A DNA stretch of 63,490 bases, the filler included, from Reclinomonas americana ATCC 50394 (taxonomy: Eukaryota), in the NCBI GenBank assembly GCA_048213135.1. It is 32 parts of 32 records of this genome, joined end to end, with 100 filler letters (N's around TTAATTAATTAA, not from the genome) between each part and the next. Parts side by side here need not be neighbours in the genome. Positions count along the whole stretch, not along the records: positions 35,332 to 36,676 come from AFZH01025068.1; positions 36,777 to 37,929 come from AFZH01025069.1; positions 38,030 to 39,277 come from AFZH01025072.1; positions 39,378 to 41,389 come from AFZH01025073.1; positions 41,490 to 43,498 come from AFZH01025074.1; positions 43,599 to 45,603 come from AFZH01025076.1; positions 45,704 to 47,705 come from AFZH01025077.1; 25 more parts are not named here. One strand, given 5' to 3'. The notes under the pieces were generated by a model. That model worked only from the letters and a program-made list of their open reading frames with translations, had not been told where the DNA came from and searched no databases. Made by a program: the position numbers and the translations under genes. This document shows, piece after piece, positions 35,232-45,776 of this stretch (positions within the stretch are counted from its first letter, which is position 1; each line of letters begins with the position of its first letter).

Positions 35232-35331
35232 NNNNNNNNNNNNNNNNNNNNNNNNNNNNNNNNNNNNNNNNNNNNTTAATTAATTAANNNNNNNNNNNNN
35301 NNNNNNNNNNNNNNNNNNNNNNNNNNNNNNN

Positions 35332-35975
35332 CCATAAATAACAAATGATCCGAATCATCTTTCACATGGTCGCGGACTCTCTTTCTCACACACACAGACT
35401 CTCTCTGTCAGCCCACACTCATTCTATCGCTCACCATCGTATAATACACGCCAGCCAATCATCAAGCATGGGCTCCCTGGCAATAGAAAGAAAAACTTGA
35501 TAGACGACGGTCGATTCATCGGACGGGGCATTTGGGGAAGGAGGAACAAGGCAGAGAGAATGAAAAGTCTCACATACAGAGGAAATCCGGATTTCCATCA
35601 CTGTTGGAGTTATCACGGTTTCGAAAGTGAAATACGATCGAAGTCTTCACTTCCCTGTTGAGACTCTGATCGTTCTCGTCGAAACGTGCTGCTGCTGGTA
35701 TTGGTGTTGGTATTGATGTTTCTGATGTGAGTGCTGTTGCCTGCTGGCTGGTGAACGACATCAACAACAACAAAAAACTTTATTAATCCAAACAGCAACA
35801 CAACTGCATGATGATGATGATCACCATCTTGAGTGAGCACCACAAGGAACTCAGGCATCACAGGAAAAAAGCGAGAGGAATTGAGATAGCTACACAAACA
35901 CAAGGAACCTGCGGCTGCCGCAAGATTGGTGTCTGTGTTGATATTCTGGATGCGATTGAATTTGGTTATCAAGAC
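35332..35975 (-). CDS. Possible spliced hypothetical gene on an AT-richer contig
   Basis: Short exon-like segments (e.g. VYQVFLSIAREPMLDDWLACIIR) with GT donors; family unclear. Confidence 0.25.
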
Positions 35976-36258
35976 AGCTGTTACTTGTTTGTTGGTGAAT
36001 GAATTTGTTGTGGGAGGGTGTTAGATCCTTTGTTTCCTACCCAACATTTTGTCGAAAAAGGGAGATATTGCCAGGCACTGCACGAAAAAGACTTGCATTT
36101 GTCAGGACATTCCCAGGCAGTGCACGAGATTTTCGAGGCACTGCCTCATTTTCCACCCCTGTTTTTTATGCACTGCCTCAGATTTTACGTGCAGTGCACG
36201 AGAACTAGTGAACATTTGTCTCTCTTTTGCAAACATTTGTCGCCCTCTTGCCACACTC

Positions 36259-36377
36259 TGTCAAACATCTGTCACACATTGCCAAACATTTGTCACACAT
36301 TGCCAAACATTTGTCACGCATTGTCAAACATTTGTCACGCATTGTCAAACATTTGTCATGCAATGTCAAACATTTGC
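36259..36377. repeat. 21-bp tandem repeat (TG(T/C)CAAACATTTGTCAC(A/G)CAT), five full copies plus one partial
   Basis: Directly visible; degenerate AACATTT copies upstream. Confidence 0.92.
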
Positions 36378-36776
36378 CTCTACAATACATACCACTGTTT
36401 TACTTCCAGCGCTCGAGCACACATTGCATTTGTTCGATGTCTCTAAATCCAACACTAGTACTTTGTCGTCTCACAGGTGCTCGTTTTTGTAGGATGTCAA
36501 CCTCAGCACCTCACTCTGTTGTGCACATGTCAGTGCACGGTGGTTCATTTTTACGCACTGCCTCGTTCCTCATGGTGCTTGGATGCACCAATGTTCAAAA
36601 TATCACCACTGTATCTTTTCACAATGTTCTCCTATTCTCCACCTTCCACCCATGAGTAGAAACACTCGACCATAAANNNNNNNNNNNNNNNNNNNNNNNN
36701 NNNNNNNNNNNNNNNNNNNNTTAATTAATTAANNNNNNNNNNNNNNNNNNNNNNNNNNNNNNNNNNNNNNNNNNNN

Positions 36777-37145
36777 CGAATCGTCTTCCTCGTGGTCGGC
36801 GGATCGTACAAGCTCGTCACCGAGGGGTTCATGGGGATCGAACTGCCCGCGAGCACCGAGGTGGGCCCCGGACTCCGCCTTCGCCACGGCGTCGGAATCG
36901 TGGTGAATCCGGCCAGCAGAATCGGCGCGAACGTCATGATCCGCCAGGGAGTCACACTGGGGAACAGGAAGCTCCCGGACGACTGCCCGACGATCGAGGA
37001 CGACGTCGAGATCGGTGTGGGAGCCGTCATCATCGGTTCGGTGACCGTCGGCACCGGCGCGCGGATCGGGCCGAACGCGGTCGTCTTCCGGGACATCCCT
37101 CCCGGCGCGATCGTCGCCTCCCCGGCGAGCGAGATCCGCACCTGA
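36777..37145 (+). CDS. Hexapeptide-repeat acetyltransferase (serine acetyltransferase/WcaB-like), 3' part, Microbacterium-like
   Basis: GIELPASTEVGPGLRLRHGVGIVVN...IRQGVTLGN...CPTIEDDVEIGVGAVIIG. Confidence 0.88.
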   Translation, partial: RIVFLVVGGSYKLVTEGFMGIELPASTEVGPGLRLRHGVGIVVNPASRIGANVMIRQGVTLGNRKLPDDCPTIEDDVEIGVGAVIIGSVTVGTGARIGPNAVVFRDIPPGAIVASPASEIRT

Positions 37146-37262
37146 CACGGGTCTAACGCGCATCGGATCGCGTCATGCGATTTGACCTCGATACCTGAAC
37201 GTGCTGTGATGAAAGCGTTATTTTCCGCGGAGGGGGTTCCGACGGAATGAGTCTCCCGAATC

Positions 37263-37929
37263 ATGCCAACCTCTCGAAGAACGTCTCTTGCTGCGCTCGG
37301 CGCCGCGATTCTCACCTTCTCCCTCCTCAGCGGAGCACCTGCTCTCGCCGCTGACGAGGACCTTTCCCGGATGGACTTTCCAGGAAGACGTCGACCTGTC
37401 GGACTCGAGTCGCTGGACTCTCGAGACCGGCCAGTCGTCGAACACCTCCTCGTACGACATCCCGAGCAACGTCTCGTTCGGCGGCGACGGACTGACCGTT
37501 CGAGGTGCGGAGGAGAAGCGCTCCTCCGCGGCCTACACCTCTGGTGACGCCAAGGGCCTCGACATCAAGATCCCGAACTACTCGCGGGTCGAGGTCGTGG
37601 GTTCGGTCCCGTACGGTCCCGGCCTGTGGCCCGCTCTCATGTGGCTCCGTCCGCTGGACAGCGCACACGGCGAGATCGACCTGATGGAGGTCTTCGGCGA
37701 CGATGCTCGCCCGGCGGCCACCATCCACAACGAGTACGGATCCACGCACCGCAGCCTCCAGGGCTCCGTCCGGTGGGAGAACCTGCCGAACTCGGACCCG
37801 ACCGGCGTGCACACCTACGTGATGGAGAAGACGCCCAACCGCATCGTCATCAGCGTCGACGGTCACGTCATGCTCGACGCCGGCCCGGAAGACGTCCGTC
37901 CCGGATTCGACTGGAACGCGATCTTCGAG
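37263..37929 (+). pseudogene. Secreted GH16 glycoside hydrolase with a frameshift just after the signal peptide (pseudogene or assembly error), 3' truncated
   Basis: The signal peptide MPTSRR...APALA is in one frame; YTSG, GLWPALMWL, GEIDLME and HTYVMEKTPNRIVISVDG are in another; the shift is near 37357-37362. Confidence 0.7.
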
Positions 37930-38029
37930 NNNNNNNNNNNNNNNNNNNNNNNNNNNNNNNNNNNNNNNNNNNNTTAATTAATTAANNNNNNNNNNNNNNN
38001 NNNNNNNNNNNNNNNNNNNNNNNNNNNNN

Positions 38030-38190
38030 AAGCCGATCTTCGACTGCACCACCCCGGCCCGGGGCGCGACGATGCGGAAGTCGAAGTTGGGCACGCCGTC
38101 GTCGGAGCGATCAAGGCCGAAGGCCTCGCAGGCCACTCCGAATTCGAAGGGCGCGAACCCGTCCTGGATCACACAGGCGACCGTCTTCAT
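38030..38190 (-). CDS. GlxA/AdpA-family AraC regulator (DJ-1/PfpI N-terminal domain), 5' part
   Basis: MKTVACVIQDGFAPFEFGVACEAFGLDRSDDGVPNFDF. Confidence 0.85.
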
Positions 38191-38199
38191 CAGTTCTCC

Positions 38200-38280
38200 C
38201 GGGTTTGGCAGTTTTCCAACGCTGTTAGTCTTTTCTGCCACTCGTGGCAGTCACGCAGCGAACGTAGTGTTTCTGCCATG
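38200..38280. promoter_or_regulatory. Divergent intergenic region with four TGGCAG half-sites, including the palindrome CTGCCAC-TC-GTGGCAG; candidate operator
   Basis: TGGCAG at ~38206 and ~38245; CTGCCA at ~38235 and ~38273; similar to the AdpA consensus TGGCSNGWWY. Confidence 0.55.
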
Positions 38281-38439
38281 GTACTCCTCATCGCACTCAT
38301 CGCCCTCTCGGCGTGGGCCGCCATCGCGACCGTCGTCGAACTCCGCCGCGACGGTTACCGTCGCACCCCCACCGACTGGAGCCGCGTCACCGGCCGCGAC
38401 GTCCATCAGGACGCGCAGTCCACGCACGTCTACCGCTGA
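38278..38439 (+). CDS. 53-aa small membrane protein, absent from the ORF track
   Basis: MVLLIALIALSAWAAIATVVELRRDGYRRTPTDWSRVTGRDVHQDAQSTHVYR; strong GC3 bias. Confidence 0.7.
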   Translation: MVLLIALIALSAWAAIATVVELRRDGYRRTPTDWSRVTGRDVHQDAQSTHVYR

Positions 38440-38470
38440 GACGGAACTCGCGTCACGGTATCGTCAGGTC

Positions 38471-39103
38471 ATGATCCCGCTCGACAACCTGCTCGCGTTC
38501 GCCATCGCGTCTGTCGTGATCATCGTCATCCCCGGCCCGAGCGTGCTCTTCGTCATCGGTCGGTCACTCTCGCTCGGCCGCCGCGCCGGCGTGCTCAGCG
38601 TCGTCGGAAACGCCCTCGGGACCGTGCCCGCCGTCGTGGCGGTCGCGTTCGGCGTCGGCGCGATCGTCTCATCATCGATCATCGCCTTCACCGTCATCAA
38701 GATCATCGGCGCCGCATATCTCGTGTGGCTCGGCGTCCAGGCCATCCGCCACCGCCACGATCACGTGGCGAACACCGGAAGCGGTCCGGCATCCGCAGGG
38801 AAGCTGCTGCGCCAGGGGTTCATCGTCGGGGTCACCAATCCGAAGACCATCGCCTTCTTCGTCGCGGTGCTCCCCCAGTTCGTGGCGCCATCCGCCGGTC
38901 CTGCCTGGGCGCAGCTGCTGCTCCTCGGTCTCACGTTCCAGCTGCTCGCACTCGCGTGCGACAGCGTGTGGGCGCTGGCGGCGGGAACGGCACGCACCTG
39001 GTTCGCACGCTCACCCCGTCGCATGTCGACCCTCTCCGGCACCGGCGGCGTCATGATGATCGGCCTCGGCGGCACGCTCGCACTGACTGGCGCCAAGAGC
39101 TGA
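38471..39103 (+). CDS. LysE/RhtB family translocator
   Basis: IPGPSVLFVIGRSLSLGRRAG, GAAYLVWLG, GFIVGVTNPKTIAFF. Confidence 0.92.
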   Translation: MIPLDNLLAFAIASVVIIVIPGPSVLFVIGRSLSLGRRAGVLSVVGNALGTVPAVVAVAFGVGAIVSSSIIAFTVIKIIGAAYLVWLGVQAIRHRHDHVANTGSGPASAGKLLRQGFIVGVTNPKTIAFFVAVLPQFVAPSAGPAWAQLLLLGLTFQLLALACDSVWALAAGTARTWFARSPRRMSTLSGTGGVMMIGLGGTLALTGAKS

Positions 39104-39165
39104 CCATCGGCGGCGCCGAACGCGATCCTCACGCGAGCGCACACCCGGCGACTACGCTCGACCTC

Positions 39166-39277
39166 ATGAGCGAGCCGCAGCAGCCTCCTGTTCCGCCATC
39201 CGCACAGCCGAACCCCGCCTTCCCACCGGCGCCACCCGCGCCGCATCTGCCTGCCGCGCCGCAATACCCGGCGGGCG
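39166..39277 (+). CDS. Pro-rich N-terminus of an actinobacterial protein, truncated
   Basis: MSEPQQPPVPPSAQPNPAFPPAPPAP. Confidence 0.55.
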
Positions 39278-39377
39278 NNNNNNNNNNNNNNNNNNNNNNN
39301 NNNNNNNNNNNNNNNNNNNNNTTAATTAATTAANNNNNNNNNNNNNNNNNNNNNNNNNNNNNNNNNNNNNNNNNNNN

Positions 39378-39964
39378 GGAAGTCGACAATCGTCTGGCCC
39401 GTGGTCAAATCGAGCGACTTGATGGAGCGGTCCGACGATGCCGTGAACAACTCTGCTCCACACGCGATAAGTTGAACGCAGAGCGTACTGTGGGTGGCGG
39501 GCGTACATACCTCGACCAGTGCCGGGCGTGAATCTTACTGCCCTGCACGCCCCAGTGTGCAGCGGCAGCTGAATCACTTGCTCAGCGATTCCAGGACCAT
39601 ACTTGTAGCTGCGTGCATCATCGGTCAGACGCCATGGTCTCCAGTTACAAACGTGCACTCCACGCAACATGCCAGCACTGCCGTCAATCAGTCCGACAGC
39701 CACCAAGTTCTCGGCCGGATGCAGATCAAGAGCGAACACATCCACCTCCTCGAATGTGATCGGCGGCACAGCATCTTCGGTCCACTCCTGACGACAGACA
39801 TTCACGAGACACCACCGTGAGATGAAATGGAAAAAAAAAAGGTGGGTGGCGAGGCTGGTGATGTGAATGTGCACATGGTCGCCCCACACTCGAGCTCACG
39901 CCCACTGACGCTCACAGCACGCACACAGATCGAGTAGACGGCAATCATGTGTGTTTCTCACCAT
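39378..39964 (-). CDS. WDR55: WD repeat protein 55 (JIP5-like), 5' part, allele A
   Basis: ATG|intron|EWTEDAVPPITFEEVDVFALDLHPAENLVAVGLIDG; HTGACRAVRF; LFTASSDRSI. Confidence 0.75.
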
Positions 39965-40056
39965 GGCGCCTTCTTGCGAGTCACAGTTAGGCGACGACAA
40001 TGGACGGACGAGAGAACGGCGGATCAACTGATCATCGTGCTATTCTATTCTCGGCC

Positions 40057-41389
40057 ATGTCGAGCGCACAGCGTGGTTCGTGCCTTCCACACTATTCACA
40101 AGAGACAGCTCTCTTACATAATACACTCGAAACAGCCAACGCAGAGCTTCGTGCTGCGGAATCGGAGTTGGATGCAATGGCCAGCATGCTGGCGGCCGCG
40201 ATGCTGGGCAGTGACGACGATGACGATGACGATGACGGTGAGGATGAGGAAGAGGAGGAGGATGCAGGTGGCAGTTCATCGTCCACTGGACGGTGAGTCG
40301 TCGGCGATGTGTGTGAGTTGCTGGCGTGGACAACTGTGATTCAATGTCCGCGTTCACAGGCCATCATCGCCGAATCGCTTCTTGCAGGGCGATGTGACGC
40401 TGGCGGGCGTGGCTGCGGCCATTCGCGAGGGTCGCAGTTGCGTCACATGCTTGCTTCGTGATCGCCTCGGGTGAGACTGACTCGTCTTGTGTAGTCAAGA
40501 AGATCACCATCATGTGTGGCGCCGGGTGCGTTTTCTCCTCCCCCTTCCGCGTTCTCCCTTCTCTGTGTATGTGATCTCCTCATGCGTGTGTGTTGTTCAC
40601 AAAACAACACAGCGTGTCGGTGTCGTGTGGTATTCCCGACTTCCGATCGCCAAAGTTTGGACTGTACGCTCGCCTGCGTGAGCAGTACGGGTACGAGCGA
40701 CCGGAGGAGTTGTTCTCCATTCAGTTGCGCTCCTTGTTTTCGCAGTGTTATGGCAGTGGAGCTGAACTTTTCGTTGTTGTGGCGCAGACGGTTCCTCGAG
40801 GATCCAAAGGTGGTTTCCACTCACTTTTTTTCTTGCGCATGTCTCCAACCTCACTCAGCGACTGTTTTGTGGCGGAGCGCAGCCGTTCTACGATCTCGTG
40901 AAGGAACTGACGCCGGATCACGTACTGCCGAGTGTGACACACTACTTTTTCAAGTTGCTGCACGACAAGGGTCTGCTGCAGCGTGTCAACACGCAGAACA
41001 TTGACATGCTGGAGAACTTGGTGCGTTTGCGGCCTGTCTTCGTTTCCGTCAGTTGGGGAGACTCATCTATCTGCCACAGACTGGTCTCCCCGAGGACGTC
41101 GTGGTGGCGGCGCATGGGTGCGTTGCCGAGGGCGATAACTTGAATCTTTTTTGCCGCGCTCAACATGTCCCCTCCTCCACACAACGCAGCTCGTTTGCCA
41201 CCGCCAGTTGCCCCAAGTGCAAGACCGTGTGCGATGCACGGGAACTCATTGGTAGGTCCCGCGCCCACAATCACCTTCCGTCTGCATGCGATCGCGAAAC
41301 TCAATCACTGGCCATCACAGCACTGGCGACGGCCGGCTCCTTCCAGCGATGTGCAAAGTGTTCCGCCGTGACCAAGCCGGACATTGTGC
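40057..41389 (+). CDS. Class I sirtuin (SIRT2/Hst2-like NAD-dependent deacetylase), spliced, partial, allele A
   Basis: MCGAG|VSVSCGIPDFRS, PFYDLVKEL, THYFFKLLHDKGLL, TQNID, AAHG|SFATASCPKC, CAKC..VTKPDIV. Confidence 0.92.
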
Positions 41390-41491
41390 NNNNNNNNNNN
41401 NNNNNNNNNNNNNNNNNNNNNNNNNNNNNNNNNTTAATTAATTAANNNNNNNNNNNNNNNNNNNNNNNNNNNNNNNNNNNNNNNNNNNNGG

Positions 41492-41956
41492 TATCAGGGC
41501 GACGACGCTCCGGGCTCGGCCAGGGCGACGGCGAGTGTCCAGGTCGACCAGGGCCAGCAGGTGGCGGCCGGCGCCCGCGCCAATGAGGAGGCCTTCCGCA
41601 CCGGTCTGGCGCAGTTCGCGATCATGGCGGCGGAGACCTTCCCGACGACCGACCCCAACTCAAAGATGCGCTACGAGGCGATGACCGAGCGGGTGCGCAG
41701 CACGATCGGCTTCCCACCCGGCACGCAGAACCCGTCGGAGATCATCGTCGAGCTCGGCTCGGCCCAGACCGCGATGGCCCAGGCCAAGGAACGACACACC
41801 GCGACCAAGGACTATCTGAGCACGACGCTGGCCGGCGTGGAGGACATCACCAAGGAGGAGGTGGCGATGCAGATCCTGGCGCTGCAGACCACCTTGCAGG
41901 CGAGCTACCAGACCACTTCGATGCTGTCGCAGCTGCGCCTGACGAACTACCTCTGA
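41492..41956 (+). CDS. flgL: Flagellar hook-associated protein FlgL-like, C-terminus (Hyphomicrobiales)
   Basis: YQGD...GARANE...VEDITKEEVAMQILALQTTLQASYQTTSMLSQLRLTNYL. Confidence 0.7.
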   Translation, partial: YQGDDAPGSARATASVQVDQGQQVAAGARANEEAFRTGLAQFAIMAAETFPTTDPNSKMRYEAMTERVRSTIGFPPGTQNPSEIIVELGSAQTAMAQAKERHTATKDYLSTTLAGVEDITKEEVAMQILALQTTLQASYQTTSMLSQLRLTNYL

Positions 41957-41977
41957 CGTTGCCGCCCGGCGGCAAAA

Positions 41978-42009
41978 GAAAACGGCCCGGGGTGATCCGG
42001 GCCGTTTTC
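41978..42009. terminator. Bidirectional intrinsic terminator between convergent flgL and flaF
   Basis: GAAAACGGCCCGG-GGTGAT-CCGGGCCGTTTTC is a perfect 13-bp inverted repeat with A/T tails. Confidence 0.8.
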
Positions 42010-42038
42010 CTTTGTCCGAGATGTCGCCTGGTTCGCGG

Positions 42039-42410
42039 TCAGCGGCCGCGCAGGCCGGCAGCGATGTCGCGGTTGATGTTGACGAGGATGCCGATGGCAG
42101 CCGGTTCCGGCGCGGCGGCGATCTGGAACGTCCGGTTGAAGATGAAGTTGGCGAGGCCGAGGATGTTGCGCTTGATCTCGACCGGCAGCGGATTGTCCTC
42201 GGCGATCACCGCCGAGACCAGAAGGGTCCAGAGCTTGCGGTTATAGGCCAGGGCTGCGTCGAGATCGCCGGAACGGCCGGCCCAGTCGTCGACGATCATC
42301 TGGAGACGGGCGCCCGCCTTGAGCAGCAGGCCGGCTTCGAGTTCTCGCGGCGACTGGACGTTCTGAGCCGTCTTCGACGCCGCGGCGTAGGCATTAAACC
42401 CGCTTTGCAT
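42039..42410 (-). CDS. flaF: Flagellar biosynthesis regulator FlaF
   Basis: SPRELEAGLLLKA...AL.YNRKLW...DNPLPVEIKRNI..LANFI...LVNINRDIAAGL. Confidence 0.92.
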   Translation of the reverse strand: MQSGFNAYAAASKTAQNVQSPRELEAGLLLKAGARLQMIVDDWAGRSGDLDAALAYNRKLWTLLVSAVIAEDNPLPVEIKRNILGLANFIFNRTFQIAAAPEPAAIGILVNINRDIAAGLRGR

Positions 42411-42786
42411 GCTCGAGCAGTTCCGCCTCGTAAGAGATCAGCTTCTTGGCAGCCTTGAGAGCTTTGTAGAGCTCACCGCTTAAGATGCAGTTATTGATTT
42501 CGGACATATGCGGCAAAGCGCTCGGCGCCGCCTGCATGAAATCGCGCACGAGCTGGAAGTAGACTTCGTGCTCCGCCGTGGGGTCGCCGGCGAGGTACAT
42601 CAGCTGGATCGCGAGGTAGATCTTCTTGGCCGGCGTGTCGGCGCTGGCCGCGGTGAGGATGTCCTTCTCGCGCAGGATCGGCGCCTCGCCCTCGATGAAG
42701 AAGCGCGTGCGCTGCTCGTCGTTGCGGATGACGACCGAGCCGATGATGATGCGCTCGTTCGGCTTGAGCTCGACCTTGAGGGCCAT
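42394..42786 (-). CDS. flbT: Flagellar biosynthesis repressor FlbT
   Basis: MALKVELKPNERIIIG...PILREKDIL....ADTPAKKIYLAIQLMYL. Confidence 0.94.
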   Translation of the reverse strand: MALKVELKPNERIIIGSVVIRNDEQRTRFFIEGEAPILREKDILTAASADTPAKKIYLAIQLMYLAGDPTAEHEVYFQLVRDFMQAAPSALPHMSEINNCILSGELYKALKAAKKLISYEAELLEHAKRV

Positions 42787-42821
42787 GTCTGTCCCGCCTT
42801 CTGGCTGTTAGGGGAGGGGGC

Positions 42822-43498
42822 TCAGCCGAACAGGCGCAGCACGCCCTGGTCGGCCTGGTTGGCGAGCGAGAGGGCGGTCTGCGAGAGCTGCTGGCGGGTG
42901 TTGAGCGCGAGCAGGCTGGCGCCTTCCTCGTTCGGATCGGCCAGGACGAGATTGCCCGCGCCGGTGGTCAGCACGTTGGCGAGCTCCTTGGTGAAGTCCT
43001 GGCGGGCCTGGGCAACCGAGAGGTTCGAGCCGAGCGTCGAGGCCAGCGACTTCAGCGAGCTCAGCGAGCTCGTCAGCGCGGCGGTCGCCTTCTCAAGATC
43101 CATGTCGTTCTGGAAGTTGATGAAGCCGGCGAGCTGCGTGTTGATCGCGCGCGGGATGCCGAGATTGTCAGAGGTGATGTTCGAACCCTGGATGTCGAGC
43201 TTGGTCTGGTTGCGGCCGGTCTTCTCGTTGAAGACGATCGAGAGGCGGTCGCCCGAGAGCAGGTTGATGCCGTTGTAGCTCGAATCCTTGGCGAGATCAT
43301 CGATCTTGTCGCGCAGGTCGTTGAACTGATCGATCAGGTTCGAGCGCACTGCCGAGGTGATGTTCGACGAGGTGATGGTCGAGGTGGCCACATCGGCGTC
43401 GCCGGCGGCGAAGTTGATCGCGGCGTTGCTGTTGGTGCCGGCGACCTGCGCCGCGGTGATGGCGGCCGGGCCGGCGTTGCCGACGCCGAAGCCGAACT
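42822..43498 (-). CDS. Flagellin, C-terminal part
   Basis: DSSYNGINLL...LGSNLSVAQARQDF...LVLADPNEEGASLLALNTRQQL..TALSLANQADQGVLRLF. Confidence 0.93.
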
Positions 43499-43598
43499 NN
43501 NNNNNNNNNNNNNNNNNNNNNNNNNNNNNNNNNNNNNNNNNNTTAATTAATTAANNNNNNNNNNNNNNNNNNNNNNNNNNNNNNNNNNNNNNNNNNNN

Positions 43599-44183
43599 GA
43601 AAGTCGACAATCGTCTGGCCCGTGGTCAAATCGAGCGACTTGATGGAGCGGTCCGACGATGCCGTGAACAACTCTGCTCCACACGCGATAAGTTGAACGC
43701 AGAGCGTACTGTGGGTGGCGGGCGTACATACCTCGACCAGTGCCGGGTGTGAATCTCACTGCCCTGCACGCCCCAGTGTGCAGCGGCAGCTGAATCACTT
43801 GCTCAGCGATTCCAGGACCATACTTGTAGCTGCGTGCATCATCGGTCAGACGCCATGGTCTCCAGTTAAACGTGCACTCCACGCAACATGCCAGCACTGC
43901 CGTCAATCAGTCCGACAGCCACCAAGTTCTCGGCCGGATGCAGATCAAGAGCGAACACATCCACCTCCTCGAATGTGATCGGCGGCACAGCATCTTCGGT
44001 CCACTCCTGACGACAGACATTCACGCGACACCACCGTGAGATGAAATGGAAAAAAAAAAGGTGGGTGGCGAGGCTGGTGATGTGAATGTGCACATGGTCG
44101 CCCCACACAAGCGCTCACGCCCACTGACGCTCACAGCACGCACGCAGATCGAGTAGACGGCAATCATGTGTGTTTCTCACCAT
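43599..44183 (-). CDS. WDR55: WDR55, 5' part, allele B
   Basis: Near-identical to 39378-39964. Confidence 0.75.
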
Positions 44184-44275
44184 GGCGCCTTCTTGCGGGT
44201 CACAGTTAGGCGACGACAATGGACGGACGAGAGAACGGCGGATCGACCGATCATCGTGCTATTCTATTCTCGGCC

Positions 44276-45603
44276 ATGTCGAGCGCACAGCGTGGTTGGT
44301 GCCTTCCACACTATTCACAAGAGACAGCTCTCTTACATAATACACTCGAAACAGCCAACGCAGAGCTTCGTGCTGCGGAATCGGAGTTGGATGCAATGGC
44401 CAGCATGCTGGCGGCCGCGATGCTGGGCAGTGACGACGATGACGATGACGATGACGGTGAGGATGAGGAAGAGGAGGAGGATGCAGGTGGCAGTTCATCG
44501 TCCACTGGACGGTGAGTCGACTGCGATGTGTGTGAGTGCTGGCGTGGACAACTGTGATTCAATGTCCGCGTACACAGGCCATCATCGCCGAATCGCTTCT
44601 TGCAGGGCGATGTGACGCTGGCGGGCGTGGCTGCGGCCATTCGCGAGGGTCGTAGTTGCGCCACATGCTTGCTTCGTGATCGCCTCGGGTGTGACTGACT
44701 CGTCTTGTGTAGTCAAGAAGATCACCATCATGTGTGGCGCCGGGTGCGTTTTCTCCTCCCCCTTCCGCGTTCTCCCTCTCTGTGTATGTGATCTCCTCAT
44801 GCGTGTGTGTTGTTCACAAAACAACACAGCGTGTCGGTGTCGTGTGGTATTCCCGACTTCCGATCGCCCAAGTTTGGACTGTACGCTCGCCTGCGTGAGC
44901 AGTACGGGTACGAGCGACCGGAGGAGTTGTTCTCCATTCAGTTGCGCTCCTTGTTTTCGCAGTGTCATGGCAGTGGAGCTGAACTTTTCGTTGTTGTGGC
45001 GCAGACGGTTCCTCGAGGATCCAAAGGTGGTTTCCACTCACTTTTTTTCTTGCGCATGTCTCCAACCTCACTCAGCGACTATTTTGTGGCGGAGCGCAGC
45101 CGTTCTACGATCTCGTGAAGGAACTGACGCCGGATCACGTACTGCCGAGTGTGACGCACTACTTTTTCAAGTTGCTGCACGACAAGGGTCTGCTGCAGCG
45201 TGTCAACACGCAGAACATTGACATGCTGGAGAACTTGGTGCGTTTGCGGCCTGTCTTCGTTTCCGTCAGTTGGGGAGACTCATGTATCTGCCACAGACCG
45301 GTCTCCCCGAGGACGTCGTGGTGGCGGCGCATGGGTGCGTTGCCGAGGACGATAACTTGAATCTTTTTGCCGCGCTCAACATGTCCCCTCCTTCACACAA
45401 CGCAGCTCGTTTGCCACCGCCAGTTGCCCCAAGTGCAAGACCGTGTGCGATGCACGGGAACTCATTGGTAGGTCCCGCACCGGCGATCACGTTCGTCTGC
45501 ATTGCTTGCGAAACTCACTCACTGGCCATCACAGCACTGGCGACGGCCGGCTCCTTCCAGCGATGCGCAAAGTGTTCCGCCGTGACCAAGCCGGACATTG
45601 TGC
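44276..45603 (+). CDS. Class I sirtuin, allele B
   Basis: Near-identical to 40057-41389. Confidence 0.92.
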
Positions 45604-45776
45604 NNNNNNNNNNNNNNNNNNNNNNNNNNNNNNNNNNNNNNNNNNNNTTAATTAATTAANNNNNNNNNNNNNNNNNNNNNNNNNNNNNNNNNNNNNNNNN
45701 NNNGAGTGATTGAGAGAGAGAGAGAGGCAATGGCGATTTGGTGCATTGCTTGCTGACAACATGTGTGTGTTGCAGA

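Noticed and set aside
36259..36377. 21-bp repeats as a CRISPR array
   Set aside because: Units are directly adjacent, with no unique spacers and no cas genes
31096..43498. Bacterial genes as horizontally transferred islands in the eukaryote
   Set aside because: Each lies on its own contig with RBSs, operon coupling and no introns; no junction to eukaryotic DNA is visible
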